From assembly GCA_965112735.1 (NCBI GenBank), contig OZ218951.1, positions 3,410,001 through 3,474,000 of the forward strand: a DNA stretch of 64,000 bases, in the 5' to 3' direction. The DNA is from Phaeosaccion multiseriatum. Taxonomy: Eukaryota > Protista > Ochrophyta, other classes. Position numbers and translations under genes: made by a program. Shown here piece by piece: positions 31,898-45,111 of this stretch. Position 1 is the stretch's first letter. Every line of letters begins with the position of its first letter. Under the pieces are notes generated by a model. It worked only from the letters and a program-made list of their open reading frames with translations. It searched no databases and was not told the origin of the DNA.

Positions 31898-31944
<47 letters not shown>

Positions 31945-32444
31945 GCGTGGGTGCGTGTGTGAGTGTGATGCGTGTGTGTGTGTGTGTGGGTGCATGCGCC
32001 TCAGTACTTCCCATCCTACCCACCCCCGACCAACCCCCACCGCACTCCCATCACCCACCCCCCCTCACCCCACCCATTGACTTATGCACCCACCCATTAT
32101 TGGCATATTGACTCATCGACCCACCCACTTATTATTGACTTCCGTACCCACCCAAACAGGAGTTCCCCCAGCTGCTGCCCCTCGCGGTGATTATGTTCCT
32201 CCTGGTCTCCGCCGTGATGGTGGCACAAGACGAACTTGTAACCGCTTACTCTTCCGAAACGCTCGTCAACATCATCGGGGAAGACGTGCCCTACGCGCCT
32301 CAGCTCGGCAAGCCCAACGTGTTCGTGCTGCTGCTGCTCCTTGCCCTGTATGTGCTACACTTCGTCATCCGTGCAGTCGCCAAGCCGCTTTGGAAAGTCA
32401 TCAGGGGCGTCTTGTTTGGCGTCAAGGGGGAGGGCGAAGGCAAC

Positions 32445-32510
<66 letters not shown>

Positions 32511-32684
32511 TGTGTTTGTGTCTGTGTGTGTGCGTGAGCAGCGGTTAATTACGTGTTGATCGTGCCCACTCGCCCGCCGTCGGAGCCACACCTTGTCCAA
32601 AGCAAGCATATCTACATATCTGTTCTGTTCTCGTTACTGACTCAATTATACTGCACTTCTACTCCCCACACACACGCACGCACA

Positions 32685-32769
<85 letters not shown>

Positions 32770-35514
32770 ACACATACGCACACCCACACCCACCCACACA
32801 CATACCTACCCAGGGTGGCACCCCTATCCACAAACCTGACCGTGAGACAACAAAAGGCCTCTTACAGCGGTGCCTTCATCATCAACATGAGTACCAATCA
32901 GACCTTCTACCACGCCCAGCACGGCCGCCTGTCCAAGCCGGACTATAAGGCGGGGTGGAGGGTGATGAACGACGGCATGTCTGTGTGTCGCCTCTGGACC
33001 AGAGACGGGGTCTGTGCAGGGGTGCATCATAAGGTAGGGGGGGGTATAGGGTGCAAGGGTATAGGGGTATAGGGGTATAGGGGTATAGGGGTATCGGGGT
33101 ATAGGGGTATATAGTATGGTATATACTATATACCCCCCACTACTGTATTGGGTATAGCGGGATAGGGTATATGCCCCCCATTACGGTTTCGGGTATAGGG
33201 TATAGGGTATAGGGGCATATAGGGTAGAGAGAGAAGGGATATAGGGTAGGGGCTTGGGTAGTGTACATAAAAGTAGGTAGAGAACGGAGGACGGAGCTCC
33301 AGACCAGGGAAGGAGTCTGCGCAGGGATGCGTAATGGGGCAGGGTATGCCACACAATGCCCACAACCAATCAACCGACCGAACCAAGCCTCCCTCCCTCC
33401 TTTCCTCCCGGCCAACCAACCAACCAACCACACCCACCCACACCCTTTCATCTCCTTTCCAAACCGAACCACATCAAACCAACTCAAACCGGACCAAATC
33501 AAACCATACCATACTAAACCAAACCAAACCGAACCAAACCAACAATAGGCCCGTTCCAAGCGCAAGACGTGGGAGATGCTCTCGAAGCAAGGTTTGCACT
33601 CATACCTCATTAAGGACAACATTCGCTACCTCACGGCCCTCGAGATGCTCGCCCACGGCAAGGAGCTCGAGTCAGAGAGGCAGAGAGAGGACGAGGCAGG
33701 CAAGAAGTTTAAGGGAGACCTGTTCGACAGCGAGGAGGAAGGTGCGTGGGTGGGTAGGTGGGTAGGTGGGTGGATGGGTGGATGGGTGGATGGGTGGGTG
33801 GGTGGATGGGTGGATGGGTGGATGGGTGGGTGGGTGGGTGGATGGGTGGGTGGATCGGTGGATGGGTGGATGGGTGGATGGGTGGATGGGTGGATGGGTG
33901 GATGGGTGGATGGGTGGATGGGTGGATGGGTGGATGGGTGGGTGGGTGGATGGGTGGGTGGGTGGGTGGGTGGATGGGTGGATGGGTGGATGGGTGGATG
34001 GGTGGATGGGTGGATGGGTAGATGGGGTGGAGTGAGGTGGGTGCGTGCGTGTGTGGGGGTGGTCTGGTCTCTTCCTCTTGCTATCATCATGCTTTTGTTC
34101 TTCGTTCTTTCCTGTTTGTGAGCCTTATTGAGGCAATTCACCCACGCCTATGCCCACGCCTTCACCCCCTCTCCCTCCACTCAGCACCCCCTCCCCCTCG
34201 CGAATCCCTATCCATCCACTGCCATACTCTCCCCATCCACTGCCATCCCTCCCCCATCCACTACCATCCCACTCCCCATCCCCCCACCCCCTCGCCAATC
34301 CTTATCCATCCACTGCCATCCCCCAACCCCCCCCCCTCCACACCTACCCACGAATCTCAATGAAACCGATCCACATGTTCATTGACTGACTGAACTGAGC
34401 AGACAAGCGCAGTCAGATGCGCAAGTCCCCCTCCGTGCAGCAGCTCGTGGGCCGCTTGCCCAGCTACAAGGACCTCAAGGCCGGCCTCGAATCAAGCGTC
34501 GACACACTGGAGGCTAGCATTGAGAAGGGGCTGGAGCGGCTGCCGAGTGTCAAGGATGTTCTGCTCAACAAGAGCAAGAGTGGCGACGAGAATATGGGAG
34601 GAGGGAAGGAAAGGAAGGAAGAGGAGCAAGAGGAGGAGGAGGAGGGCGAGGAAGGCGCCGTCGCGAAGTCTGCAACTAAAAGTGGTGTGGGAGGAGATGG
34701 AGGAGACACGGCGCACGATGATGTAACTGTCAAGTCCGACTTCGGTCCTGCTGGGCCGTCACAGCAGCTGCTGGGGGCGGAGGACCTGGGGGCGGAACAG
34801 GTTGACGACGACGACAACGAGGACGACGACGACGCAGATTCCAACTCGAGCACCACGGCGAGCAAGTCATCGGACAAGGGCACAGACATCACCACCCCTA
34901 CTGGCTCTAGCCCTGGCACAGGAAGGGGCACCTTGTCTTCCAAGGCACCTGTCAGTGAAGTAGACTCTGTGCCCCATGCCTCTCCATCCGTCGGGCCGGC
35001 GGCAGGGACAGCAGCAGGGCCACCACCTTCCGCTGCGGTTGGTACTACGGCTGCTACTACCACTCCTGCTGGTACTGCGGCTCCTGCTGCTAGTGCTACA
35101 AGCGCGGATACTACTACTACTGCTACTGTTACCGCCACCGCCACCGCCACCGCTGCTACTACCGCTACCGCTGCTACAACTCCTGCTCCTTCTCCACCCA
35201 ACGAGGCTGGGCCTGTGGAGGAACCGGGCGGGGAGGGAGGGGCGAAAGAGGGGAAAGGGGAGGAGGGAGGAGCGAAAGAGGGGAAGGGGGAGGAGGGAGG
35301 GGCGAAAGAGGAGGAGGGAGGGGCGAAAGAGGGGAAGGGGGAGGAGGGAGGGGCGAAAGAGGGGAAGGGGGAGGAGGGAGGGGCGAAAGAGGAGGAGGGA
35401 GGGGCGAAAGAGGGGAAGGGGGAGGAGGGAGGGGCGAAAGAGGGGGAAGAGGAGGAGGGAGCGGCCCCCTCGGCTGCAGCGGAGGAGCCAGGAGTGGCGG
35501 ATCAAGCAATGTGA
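19828..35514 (+). CDS. OSCA/TMEM63(CSC1)-TMC superfamily ion channel, about 23 exons
   Basis: Spliced peptides include [51 protein letters not shown]...[21 protein letters not shown] and [40 protein letters not shown]...[16 protein letters not shown]. The first exon is 19828-20842 and the last is about 34403-35514. Confidence 0.88.
21582..22290. repeat. 17-bp minisatellite (CCCTAACCCACCCACTA)n, about 41 copies, each containing the telomeric hexamer CCCTAA, in channel-gene intron 2
   Basis: A near-perfect tandem array is directly visible. Confidence 0.95.
27896..28140. repeat. (GAGT)n intronic microsatellite
   Basis: Directly visible. Confidence 0.9.
33746..34025. repeat. (GGGT/GGAT)n intronic microsatellite
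   Basis: Directly visible. Confidence 0.9.
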
Positions 35515-35857
35515 TGATGCAGCGGAGGAGCCGCCCCAGGAGTGGCGGATCAAGCAATGTGATGCCTATGCCGGAGCGATTGCGCACCTTTCCGCCTTTA
35601 GATAGTCCAAGGTAGCATAGAAGGAAAGTGCAGTAATTACAAAAAAGAAAGGGGATTTAGTCCAGCCAGCCAGTGGCTGCACACCCGACAAGATCGAGCA
35701 ACTGAACTCAAATTCAAACTCAAATTCATGTTTTGTTGACATAATTATGTAACGTCTGATAGCCCCTGTTCGGCGTTTTTTTTGGTTTTGGGCGAAGAAG
35801 AGCTAGAGAGGGCCGCAGAAAACAGAGGGAGAGAGCCGAGTGGACCCACAGGTGTGC

Positions 35858-38458
35858 ATGGCCAATGAATCCCCCCGCCGCCGCCCCTCGAGTGAGCAGG
35901 GGAACGGGCTGGGGGAGCTGCTGGACAATGAGGGCTTCCACCCTCCGGATACCGCGCCAAGCGGTGGGAGTAGAGCTGGTGTTCGGACAAGCGCGTCCAC
36001 GATGCTTCCCCTGGTTGTGCCCACAACTTCTATTCAAACGGAGGACACTGCACTCCAGGGAGACGAGGAAAGCACGCATCAGCAGATCCTTGGGGAGGAG
36101 TCGTCCATCAATGATGATGGGCAAACAGCAAAAGACCCCCAACAGTCGCAGTACGGGACGAACACAGAGGCAGAGCAGACAGATGGGGGCGGGGGAGATG
36201 CAGCGGGGGAGAGAGAGCCCGAGCGCTCACATGCACAGGCAGCAGCACGGCAGCGGCAGAAGTCGCCACAAAGAAGACAAAGTGGTTTGGGAAGCCATGG
36301 CTGGCGAGGCGGTGCTGACACCAACCAAGAGCAAGAGGAGGAGGAAGAAGTGAGTCGTTTTATGCGCGATGCACAAGGCCTCCCTGTGCTGGACTGCGAA
36401 GGCCGCCCCATGAAGAGGGTGAAGTGGAAGCCGCAGAACCAGGCGCAGCGTCTCAAGTACGAGCGCATCAAGCAGGCGATGGTTGGCCCCGAGTCCGTGC
36501 AAGGGTGGCTACAGACGGTTACCCTCACCCCTGCAGACCTCATGGTACCCGAGGCCCTAAGGAAGGCGGCGGCGACGCACATCAGAGGAAGTCTGCTGGG
36601 CCAGGTGCAGGACCCTGGGCTGTGTCCGAGCAACGACATTGTGCTCAAGAGGAGCGGACAATTGAGGAAGGTGCTGGCGGATGGAGCCGAGAAAGACGCC
36701 TTTGAAGACGCCGAGAGGATCACAGGTGAAGAGGAGGAGGAGGAGGAGGAGGAGGAGGAGGAGGAGGAGGAGGAGGAGGAGGAGGAGGAGGAGGAGGAGG
36801 AGGAGGAGGAGGAGGAGGAGGAGGAGGAGGAGGAGGAGGAGGAGGAGGAGGAGGAGGAGGAGGAGGGGGTGGAGAATATCACAGATTGTTTGGCTCCTCT
36901 CGCAACACTCGCTCTCGCCCTGCTTCAATGCGGTTGATACCATCTCATCCCTTCCCCTCCCCCTCGCCTCCCTTCCTTCCACCCCATCCCATCATTCTCT
37001 CCTCCCCCTTCTCCTCCTCCATCCTCAGCTGTGCGGAGGAAGTTGCATGAAGCCCAAGCCGCCCGATTGAACCGCAACCCACGCATGCTCGATGGCTTTG
37101 CGCTGCTCAGTGCCACGGGGGTGGAGCTCCCCGACGAGGCCCGTAGAGCAGACGTGAGTGGCCTCGGATATACCCTATTCACCTCCGAGGACATACTGTA
37201 TTTCTCAAGACTGGAACACGTGGACGCGGGAGACAATCGTCTCAATATGAATACCTTCGCCGGCTTGCCTCGGCTTGAGGAGCTGCGGTTACAGTGTAAC
37301 GCCATTGAGGACATTGGCCGTCGCCCGCCGCAGGGCAGCTTGAGCGCGTACTGCTACCCGGCCTTGCAGCGGCTGGACCTGAGCTATAACTCCCTGTCTC
37401 AGGTGTCCATCGCCGCTCTCTCCCACCTCCCTGCCCTGAAGGACCTCGACCTGACTTGTAACGGCCTCACGGAGCTGCCCGGCCAGATGGAGGGGATGAG
37501 GGTGCTGGAACGGTTGGTGCTGGAGCGGAATCAGTTCGAGGACCCGCTCGTCTTGGTCGGGCTCGGCCGCTTGCCGGCTCTACGTGAGCTCGACCTTGCC
37601 TTCAACTTCTTCAACAGATTCGACTTGTCAGGGCCCCAGCTGACGCCTCCGCTGACCGCTGGGAGTGCCGGTAACAACCAAGCGGAAGGAAGCTCTCCAC
37701 CCGGCTCTCCCAGCACTGCAGCCGCTGCTGCTGGTGCATCACCACCACCACCAACAACAACAACGACAACAACGGACCCACGTCACCAGCAACCGCAACC
37801 ACCTCCGGCTTCCCCCGCGTCGCTCCGACAAGTACCGCACCAGCGCCAGAACCAACAGCGTATCCAGGACGAGAAGGATGAGCGGGAGGCAGCCCGAGTG
37901 CCCTTTCCCATGCTGTCCACCCTGGACATGGCCTTCAATTACATTGCTTCGGAGGAGCACGTCTTGGAGGTGGCGTCACTATCAAGACTGGAGCGCATCA
38001 TCTTATATGGCAACCCTTTGTGCGGACCGACGGGCGAGGACCCGCTGGGGCTGTGCGTGGAGAACCTCGTAATGTATGCGGACGCTGCTCGGCAGGAGAG
38101 TTACCTCAACGGCACCGGGCTCTCCGCGGGGGTTAGCAGCACGGGGCTATGGAAGGGCGGCACGAGCAGCAGCGGCAAGAGTAAGAGGCACCGAAGCACC
38201 AATGTCAGTACCAGGCCGCTCGAGCCCATCACCGAGATGCCTCGTAAGAAGGCCAGCGCCAATACTCGCGGGCGGAGGAGGCCTTATGCGGACATTGGCA
38301 TGACGATGGTCAGTGAGGACCCCGTGCCGTTGGCCTCGTCCTTCCGGACAGAGGGCAACCATCGTTTGCAGAGGAGGATCGAGGAGGGGGCTAGAGTTCG
38401 CGCAGGAGGAGGAGGAGGAGGAGGAGGAGGGCGAGGAGGAGGAGCGGGCAAGAGGTCT

Positions 38459-38489
<31 letters not shown>

Positions 38490-39241
38490 CACAAGACATT
38501 GTTGAGGCTACGCTTAGGATGGCACATGAGCAGTCGGCCAGAAAGGCAAGGAGAGAGAAGGAGAACAAGACAAAGGCCAAGAGAGAGGAGGACCATACCT
38601 TCCTCACAGCCGTTGACGCCGAGGGTGGGCTGGAGGGGTTAGGGGAGGAGGTGGAGGAGGAGGACGAGGAGGGGGAGTGGGGGGAGGAGGGAGAGGATGA
38701 AGGGGGGGAGGAGGGAGAGGACGAGGAGGAGGAGGTGAACTCCCTGGGGGTGCCCAAGAGGCTACTGGGGAGGCCGATCGATGCGAGGCACCGGGGCGAC
38801 CCGTTGAAGTTGAGGATGGCAATCATGTCTCTTCGGCACGCACTCAAGCATCCGGTCAGCTCCGGCATGGACGTAACCGTCATGACGGCCAAGGGAGAGG
38901 GAGGAGGGGGGGGTGAGTCTGTGCTAGTGTCTGACAAGCACCGACAGGGGCCGTCGAGGGACACGCGTGCCTCGGTCGCCAGGAGCCTTCCGCGGCGGCC
39001 GTACCAGCTGCGGAGGCTGCAAGGGAGTATGCAGCAGGAGAGGGCGGAGCAGGAGCAGGCAGGGCTCGCGGTCAGGGGAGGGGGGCTGGGAGACGTGGAA
39101 CAGGTGGTGCGCGGGTTGAACGACAATGTAAGAGGGTTCGGCTTGGAGAAGAGGGTGCTGGAGGCAGGGGATCACAACCACCCGGGTATGGCGAGCCTCA
39201 TCCACATGGTCAATCAGGTCATGGATGAGATGTCCGCCTGA
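35858..39241 (+). CDS. XRRA1: XRRA1-like leucine-rich repeat protein, 2 exons
   Basis: Exons 35858-36725 and 37029-39241 (phase 1); the intron holds a (GAG)n run. LDGFALLSATGVELPDE...HVDAGDNRL...LQRLDLSYNSL...LDLTCNGLTELP...FPMLSTLDMAFNYI...IILYGNPL follow the XRRA1 LRR pattern. Confidence 0.82.
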
Positions 39242-39606
39242 ATGTAGAGCAGTTGCAGAGTAGAGCACAGCAAGGCCAGAAGCGGGTGACCAGGCCTGCT
39301 TACTTACTTGCCTGCTTGCCTCTTGCCTGCTTGCCTGCGTGTTTAGTTGCCTGCGTGACTGCTTGAGTGCTGTTTGTGTGTGTGTGTGTGTGCATCGGAT
39401 GTATGGATGGCAGTGGATGGAAGGGCGGGCGGATGGCAGCGGGAGGAGTTGCGGTGTGATGGCCTACGCCTTGCTTTTCCTTCAACCTCCATGGACCGCA
39501 CAAAGCACCATAGTAGCAGGACAACGGCAGGACAACGGCAGGACAACGGCAGTACGGAACTTGGTATTTGTGTTGTCCTGCACAGTATTGGGTATCGGGG
39601 CATTGA

Positions 39607-39793
39607 GAGCCCTGCTGGACATCAGCAAGACCCAAGTCCTTGTACTTGGAGTTCTATGCCCGTAAGGAGCACAATAGTAGCAGGACAACACGAAAGATCT
39701 TGAAAGTCGTGTCCTCCTTCCATTATTGTGCTTCTTACGGTGATAGAGATGGAAGTACAAGGACCTGGGCCTTGGTGTGGTCCAGCAGGGCTC
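39607..39793. other. Long imperfect inverted repeat (187-nt fold-back), candidate miRNA precursor or MITE remnant
   Basis: Nested pairings: GAGCCCTGCTGGAC (39607-39620) with GTCCAGCAGGGCTC (39780-39793); GTCCTTGTACTT with AAGTACAAGGAC; CCGTAAGGAGCACAATA with TATTGTGCTTCTTACGG. Confidence 0.8.
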
Positions 39794-40252
39794 GCTCTGT
39801 CTCAAGCCGTGACAATGGTGTATCGTAGATAGAAACGGCCCTAAAGGGCGACAATAATGATATCGTAGATTGGTCAATACATCTTGCGTTTTATTTGTCC
39901 ATATGGTCGAGTCGTTCTTCTCCCTGTCTTCCTCGCCCTCCCTCTATACTCGCGCTGGAGGGAGTAAGCTTCAGCAGCCTGGCAGGACTATCCTCACGCT
40001 GGAGGGAGGAAGCTTTTATCACGCTCCCTCCTGCGCGCGAGTGTGCAATAGAGTGGGCGACAGCTTTGCTTCTTCGTACCAAAGCGCCCGCCCTTACCCC
40101 CCTACCAGAGTGCGTGTTGGGCAAGCACAGTATTTGTGCCGTTCTTCTTCCTCCTTCCTCCTCAAGATGAGGGCTCCTTCACAACGATGCCATGTGCACC
40201 TTTCGCAGCATCGGCACTCACTGCGCTCCGTGGTCCTTGCTCTCTTCCTTCC

Positions 40253-41452
40253 TTATCCATCCTTCACAATAAGATCCTTGTAGTCCTGAGGGTTGAAGCC
40301 TGGAATGGGCGGAGTGAGCATGGGCATCTTCCTCTTGAGAGGCGACGCCAGCTTGCTGCTGACCAGCGCTGCTTTCTTCAGGTGTAAGAAGACGCCGAGA
40401 GAGAGGGAGAGAGGGGGGGGGGGGGGGAGGACAGATAGGGATAGAGAGAGAGCAGAGAAGGAACGACAAGACGATGTGAGGATCCTTGCGAGAGGGACGG
40501 AGAGAGAAAGAGAAAGAGCATAGGAGGAAGGACGAGAGCAAGGACCAGAGGAACGACGACCATCGCTCGTGAGTGTCAAGTACTTCACTTCAGGACAGGC
40601 CGCAAATTGGCGGCTTTGGTTGGTGCCTGCGGTGACTGCCGCCCCATCCCCTCCGCCCCTTGCCCCTTCTCCTCGGATGGATCCGACCTACCCACCTTCA
40701 GGTTGGGAGGGAGGGCGTCGATGGCCTCGTAGCGCAGCGCCTCCTTCATCATGTGCACCGCTTTGGCCTCGTTGTTGCGCTTCATCTTGTTGCGGTTGTG
40801 AGTTAGACCGATCTCAAAGTTCCGGGCGAGCTCCTCGTCCGTCCACTCACTGGGGAAGGGGCAAGGGCACGACAAGCAGCATCAGCAGCAGCAGCAGTAG
40901 CAGCAGCAAGCCAGGGAAGTAAGGACGAGAAGGAGGCCACCACCGAATACAGCGAAGTAAAGGAGCCCATGGGGAAGGAAAGGGTTCAAAGCCGATACGA
41001 GTGCACTTCCTCTGCATACACACTACGAGCCGCGACGCCTCCGAGAAAAAGAAACGTCTCTTGTACCGACGAGGCTCTTCCATGGCCGTCCAAAGCACTT
41101 ACATCTTTCTCGTCTTGGAATCAAGCATCGCCACCCACATGTCCTTCTTCGTATCCCTCTTGGCCTTTGTTGTCTGCCGGTCGGCCTTGCTGCCCTTTTT
41201 GGCCTTTGTGCCCAAGTGCCGCACAGAAGCATTACCCCACCCTACGCCTCGTGTTTCAATGGCCCCCGCTGCTACTCCACCACCTCCTCCTCCTCTTCCC
41301 ACCGCTGCTCTGAATCCTTCACCCCCTCCTCGTCCTCCTCCTTGCACCCCCCCCAACTCCGGTGCTGATAAATAACCTAGCTGTGGCTGCCGTCTAGAGA
41401 GCCTGGCAGAGAGCCGTAGACAAGACCCGCAGCATTGAATCGCACCGCTCAT
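40253..41452 (-). CDS. MRPL40: Mitochondrial large-subunit ribosomal protein mL40 (MRP-L28 family), 3 exons
   Basis: Exons 41452-41103, 40849-40696 and 40375-40253. Arg/Ser-rich presequence, then EWTDEELARNFEIG...LRYEAIDALPPNLKKAAL...RKMPMLTPPIPG. Confidence 0.72.
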
Positions 41453-41657
41453 CTCCGTCGCTCTGGCAAGAGAGAGTGTGGGAGGGTTGCAGAAAAGCAT
41501 ACGGGTAATTATTCATTGCCTTGCTCCGTCTCTCATGTGTTTGTTTGCTTCTGTTTTCCACCAGGACTTCTCTCTTCTCTCCTTCCCTCTTCCCTCTCAG
41601 GGACTCGTCTCCCTACTTTCCTGCCCTTCTTTCCCTCGCTGAACTCGTTGAGAGCGG

Positions 41658-43852
41658 ATGGAGGGAGGGTGGAGAGAAACAGTTGACGATACGCTTGCCC
41701 TGGTCAAGTCCTATCTCGGGATCAGCGCGGCGGATCCTGATGGGCAGACGCAGCAGCAGGAGGAGCAGCAAGAGGAGCAGCAAGCGGGGCAGCGAGAGGA
41801 GGAGCAAGCGGAGCAAGCGGAGCAGCGAGCGGAGAAGTCCACCAATGCAAGTGGGGGTGGTTTTACACCAGCGACTCCCAAGACCGACTCGGTGACTGTT
41901 GTGTTTCCCTTGACGGACTATGTGAAGCACTCCATGCAGCACAGCCTCGCCTGGACAGAGATAGAGGGAGGATTTCCGACGTGCTTGGCCACTGTCGCTG
42001 GGAATGAAACGTGGCTTGCGCTTCACCAAAGCATGGACCGATGTAAGGAAATATGCCCTCTCCGTGCTGTGTCCATTCATCGCTCACTTTTTATTTCGAG
42101 CCTTTTACGGGCCTTCAGATATGCTTCCCCGGTCGCTCTCACCTTCATTCTCGTCTCTTTTGGTGTGAACTCCGCTCAAGCTTGCTTGCTCTTCGGCTCT
42201 GACGAAGATGTGCTTGCAGTTTCGTGTCATCGCCACGCTTCTCTCTCTCTCTCTCTCATTCTCTATGCCTCTCTCCCTCCCCCTCCCTCTCCATCTCCCT
42301 CCCGTTCTCTCCCTCTCTCTCTCCCTCCCCCCCCCCCCCGCCAAAGGCATCTCTCCCTTCCACCGCCTCCATGAGATATACCCCGATCAACTCGTGTGGA
42401 GCAGCGCCCCAACACCGGGCCCTGCCGAGGAGGAGCAGCGCGATGAGTCGGGCCCTAATCAGGCAAAGGAACGTGCCCAAACAGACGGGGGTGAGGCGCG
42501 TGAGGGGGCGGAGGGCAGCAGCGCGGCAGGAGGAGGGGGGGAGGGTCATGGGGGTGGAACGAGAGCCATCAAGGGGGCGTCAAATGCGGCCAAGCCTGAG
42601 CCCGAGGCAGGCAAAGAGCCTGCAGAGTGGGTGGTATTCTTCCTCTACACGCCTGTAAGTTTTCCAAGCTTTATTATTCTGATTAAACTTTTTCCCGTAC
42701 CAGCCTTGCCAGCCTGTGATTCCCCAATCAATGGAGTCATATGATTCCCCAATCAATTGAGTCCATAGCACACCAACTCACTACTCACCCCCCCCCCCCC
42801 CCTGCTCCTGTGCACAGAGGGAGCACTTCTCGTCGGTGATGGACGCGGCTGTCCACAGTGTGGCAGGTGCCTTCCCCCACGTGTGGTTCATCAAGGGGCA
42901 GGGCGCCGCCTTCTCCAGGTGAGCGAGTTGGTGCGTCGGCGGGTGGCGCCAAGCAAGCCAAGCAAGCCAGCCCCACAAGGCACTATTACTCTCCCGTATA
43001 TATGTTGTTACGAAGGGACTGTGAGACGTCGTTCCCCCCCCCCCCCCCTCCTCCACTGACCAGAAAACCAATCGAGGACACCAGCACAGCCTCGATGCCA
43101 CCCAGCACCTCTGGTCGGCGTGGTTTGCTGTACTGCCTTCTGCTCTGCCTTCTGCTGCCATCTGCTGCCATGTGCTTCCCCTCTCCGCTGCTCTCTCACA
43201 CTCCCCCTTGCTACCTTCTGCTGTCATGTGCTCCCCCTCGCTCCACTGCTCTTTTCCTGCCATTTCTCCCCTCCACCTGCGCCCCCCCCCCCCTGCACAC
43301 AGGTTCACCGCGCAGTACCACGTGCGCTCCTTCCCCCGCCTGCTCCTCTTCAACAACGGCAAGCCCGTGGGCAAGTTCAAGGGAAAGTGCTCGGTACCCG
43401 CGCTGGCGCTCTGGCTGACACGGCAAACAGGTGAGTGGACCCAAGGGTCTCCTGTGCTCTCTCCCCGCCCCTCTCTCTCTCTTTCCGTCCCTCTCGTTCT
43501 CTGCATCTCTCTCTCTGTCTCTCTCTCGGTCTCTCTCTCTCTCTCCCTCCTTCCCTCCCTCCCTCCCTCTTTCTTTCTCTGACGTGTGCTCTGACGTGTT
43601 CTGTGATATTGTGATGTGATTGTGATACCCACCCACGCTGCAACTGGGGCAAAAGAGCCGTGCTCACTCCTCCTCCTTCTATCCTTCTTTCCCATTCCCA
43701 AAGGCGTTCTGCCAGTGGCGGAGGTGCTTCCCTTCCAGCCCTCTCCAGTGGGCTTTCACATGCGAAGCAGCCTCGTGTGGGCCCTGGTGTGGGTCGCGTA
43801 CAGAGGCGTACAGTGGGCCATGAAGCGCAACTGGCGCGGCCGACGCACATGA
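41658..43852 (+). CDS. TXNDC15: TXNDC15-like thioredoxin-fold membrane protein, 5 exons
   Basis: Exons about 41658-42042, 42347-42654, 42818-42918, 43303-43430 and 43704-43852. VVFFLYTP-REHFS...AGAFPHVWF...FTAQYHVRSFPRLLLFNNGKPVGKF...WLTRQTG plus a C-terminal hydrophobic helix align by eye with TXNDC15. Confidence 0.68.
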
Positions 43853-44646
43853 GAGACACGGCCAACAGCCTACTACGGCCTAGAGCCTACTACGGCCTAG
43901 AGCCTACTGCAGCCTATTAGCCAGCAGCCTCATCAGCCTGCAGACAGGAGCCTAAGCAGCCAGGAGCCTAAGCAGCCAGCACTAAAAGACAATTGCCAAT
44001 GGCCGGCATAGCATGGCTGCCAGAGCACGGCCTTGCGCTCCACTCGGACGGCAGGAGGCAGAGGACCACCGCGGACAGCAGCCAGGCCAGGCAGGAGGTG
44101 CTGCATGATGCATGCATGTGGCCACGCCGGGATGGATGCGTCAAGCCCGCCCGTAAGTACGCACACTGGACCAGTCAAAGGACTTACGAGGCGCGAGGCA
44201 CACGAAGGAAAACGCGCTAGGCTGTGTCAGCGCCACCTCCTCCACCTCGCCCTACTCTTCTCTTCTTGAGAGCATCCCTCCATTGCACCTCAAGGGAAGC
44301 CCACCCCGCCCCACACCAACCCCCGCACCCCGTTGGCAGCACAGCGTGCATACCTAATGCATTCCTTCGACCGATGAGCGAAGAGATGGATCGACTGGAG
44401 ACCACAGAAGACGACAGTGAGTGATGCGTTCCCTCGATAGACAGGAGGTTTGGCTGGGAGGAGGCGTCAACGGCTGTGATGCTCTCTCGAAAACGAGATG
44501 ACAAGTCAGACGCTTAGCATTGTGTGGAAGAGGGGGAAGGACATACGTTGGCCTACGCATGTGTGTGTGTGTGTGTGGGGGGGGGGGGGGAGGGGCAGGC
44601 ACGTCGAGCAGAGAAGGGGACTCACTCGGCAGCACTTGGGTAGTGC

Positions 44647-44687
<41 letters not shown>

Positions 44688-44872
44688 ACATACATGACTT
44701 ACTTGCCGCTCTACACTCGCCGAATCAGGAAATCGAATACTTGTTCAGAAGTCATTTGTGATATATTGTGATTATTTACAAGTCCCGCGAGACCAAAGGG
44801 CGAGCCGCAAAGAAAGAGCCGCAAAACCGCTCAGCGGAGGGAGGCGAGGCGAGAGGACAAGCCCGCAAGAGG

Positions 44873-45010
44873 CCTCCTCCTCCTCCTCCTCCTCCTCCTC
44901 CTCCTCCTCCTCCTCCTCCTCCTCCTCCTCCTCCTCCTCCTCCTCCTCTTCGTCTCCTCCTCCTCCTCCTCCTCCTCCTCCTCCTCCTCCTCCTCCTCCT
45001 CCTCCTCCTC
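44873..45010. repeat. (CCT)n microsatellite downstream of HCF164
   Basis: Directly visible. Confidence 0.9.
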
Positions 45011-45111
45011 TCCCCCTCCTCCCCCCACCCCCCCACGCCCCCTCTTCTCCCTCTACTCTACTCTCCGTCCACTCTACTCCCCCTCCCCTCTCTCCTCTCT
45101 ACCCTCATTCC

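Noticed and set aside
40376-40703. Introner family inferred from the 8-nt junction repeat
   Set aside because: Only one such intron was noticed, with no terminal inverted repeats and no second similar intron in the window. It is kept only as a junction-duplication observation.
42099-42107. GCCTTTTAC, the U5 snRNA loop-I sequence (a similar CCTTTTAC occurs near 47034)
   Set aside because: No flanking U5 stem or Sm site; a short chance match.
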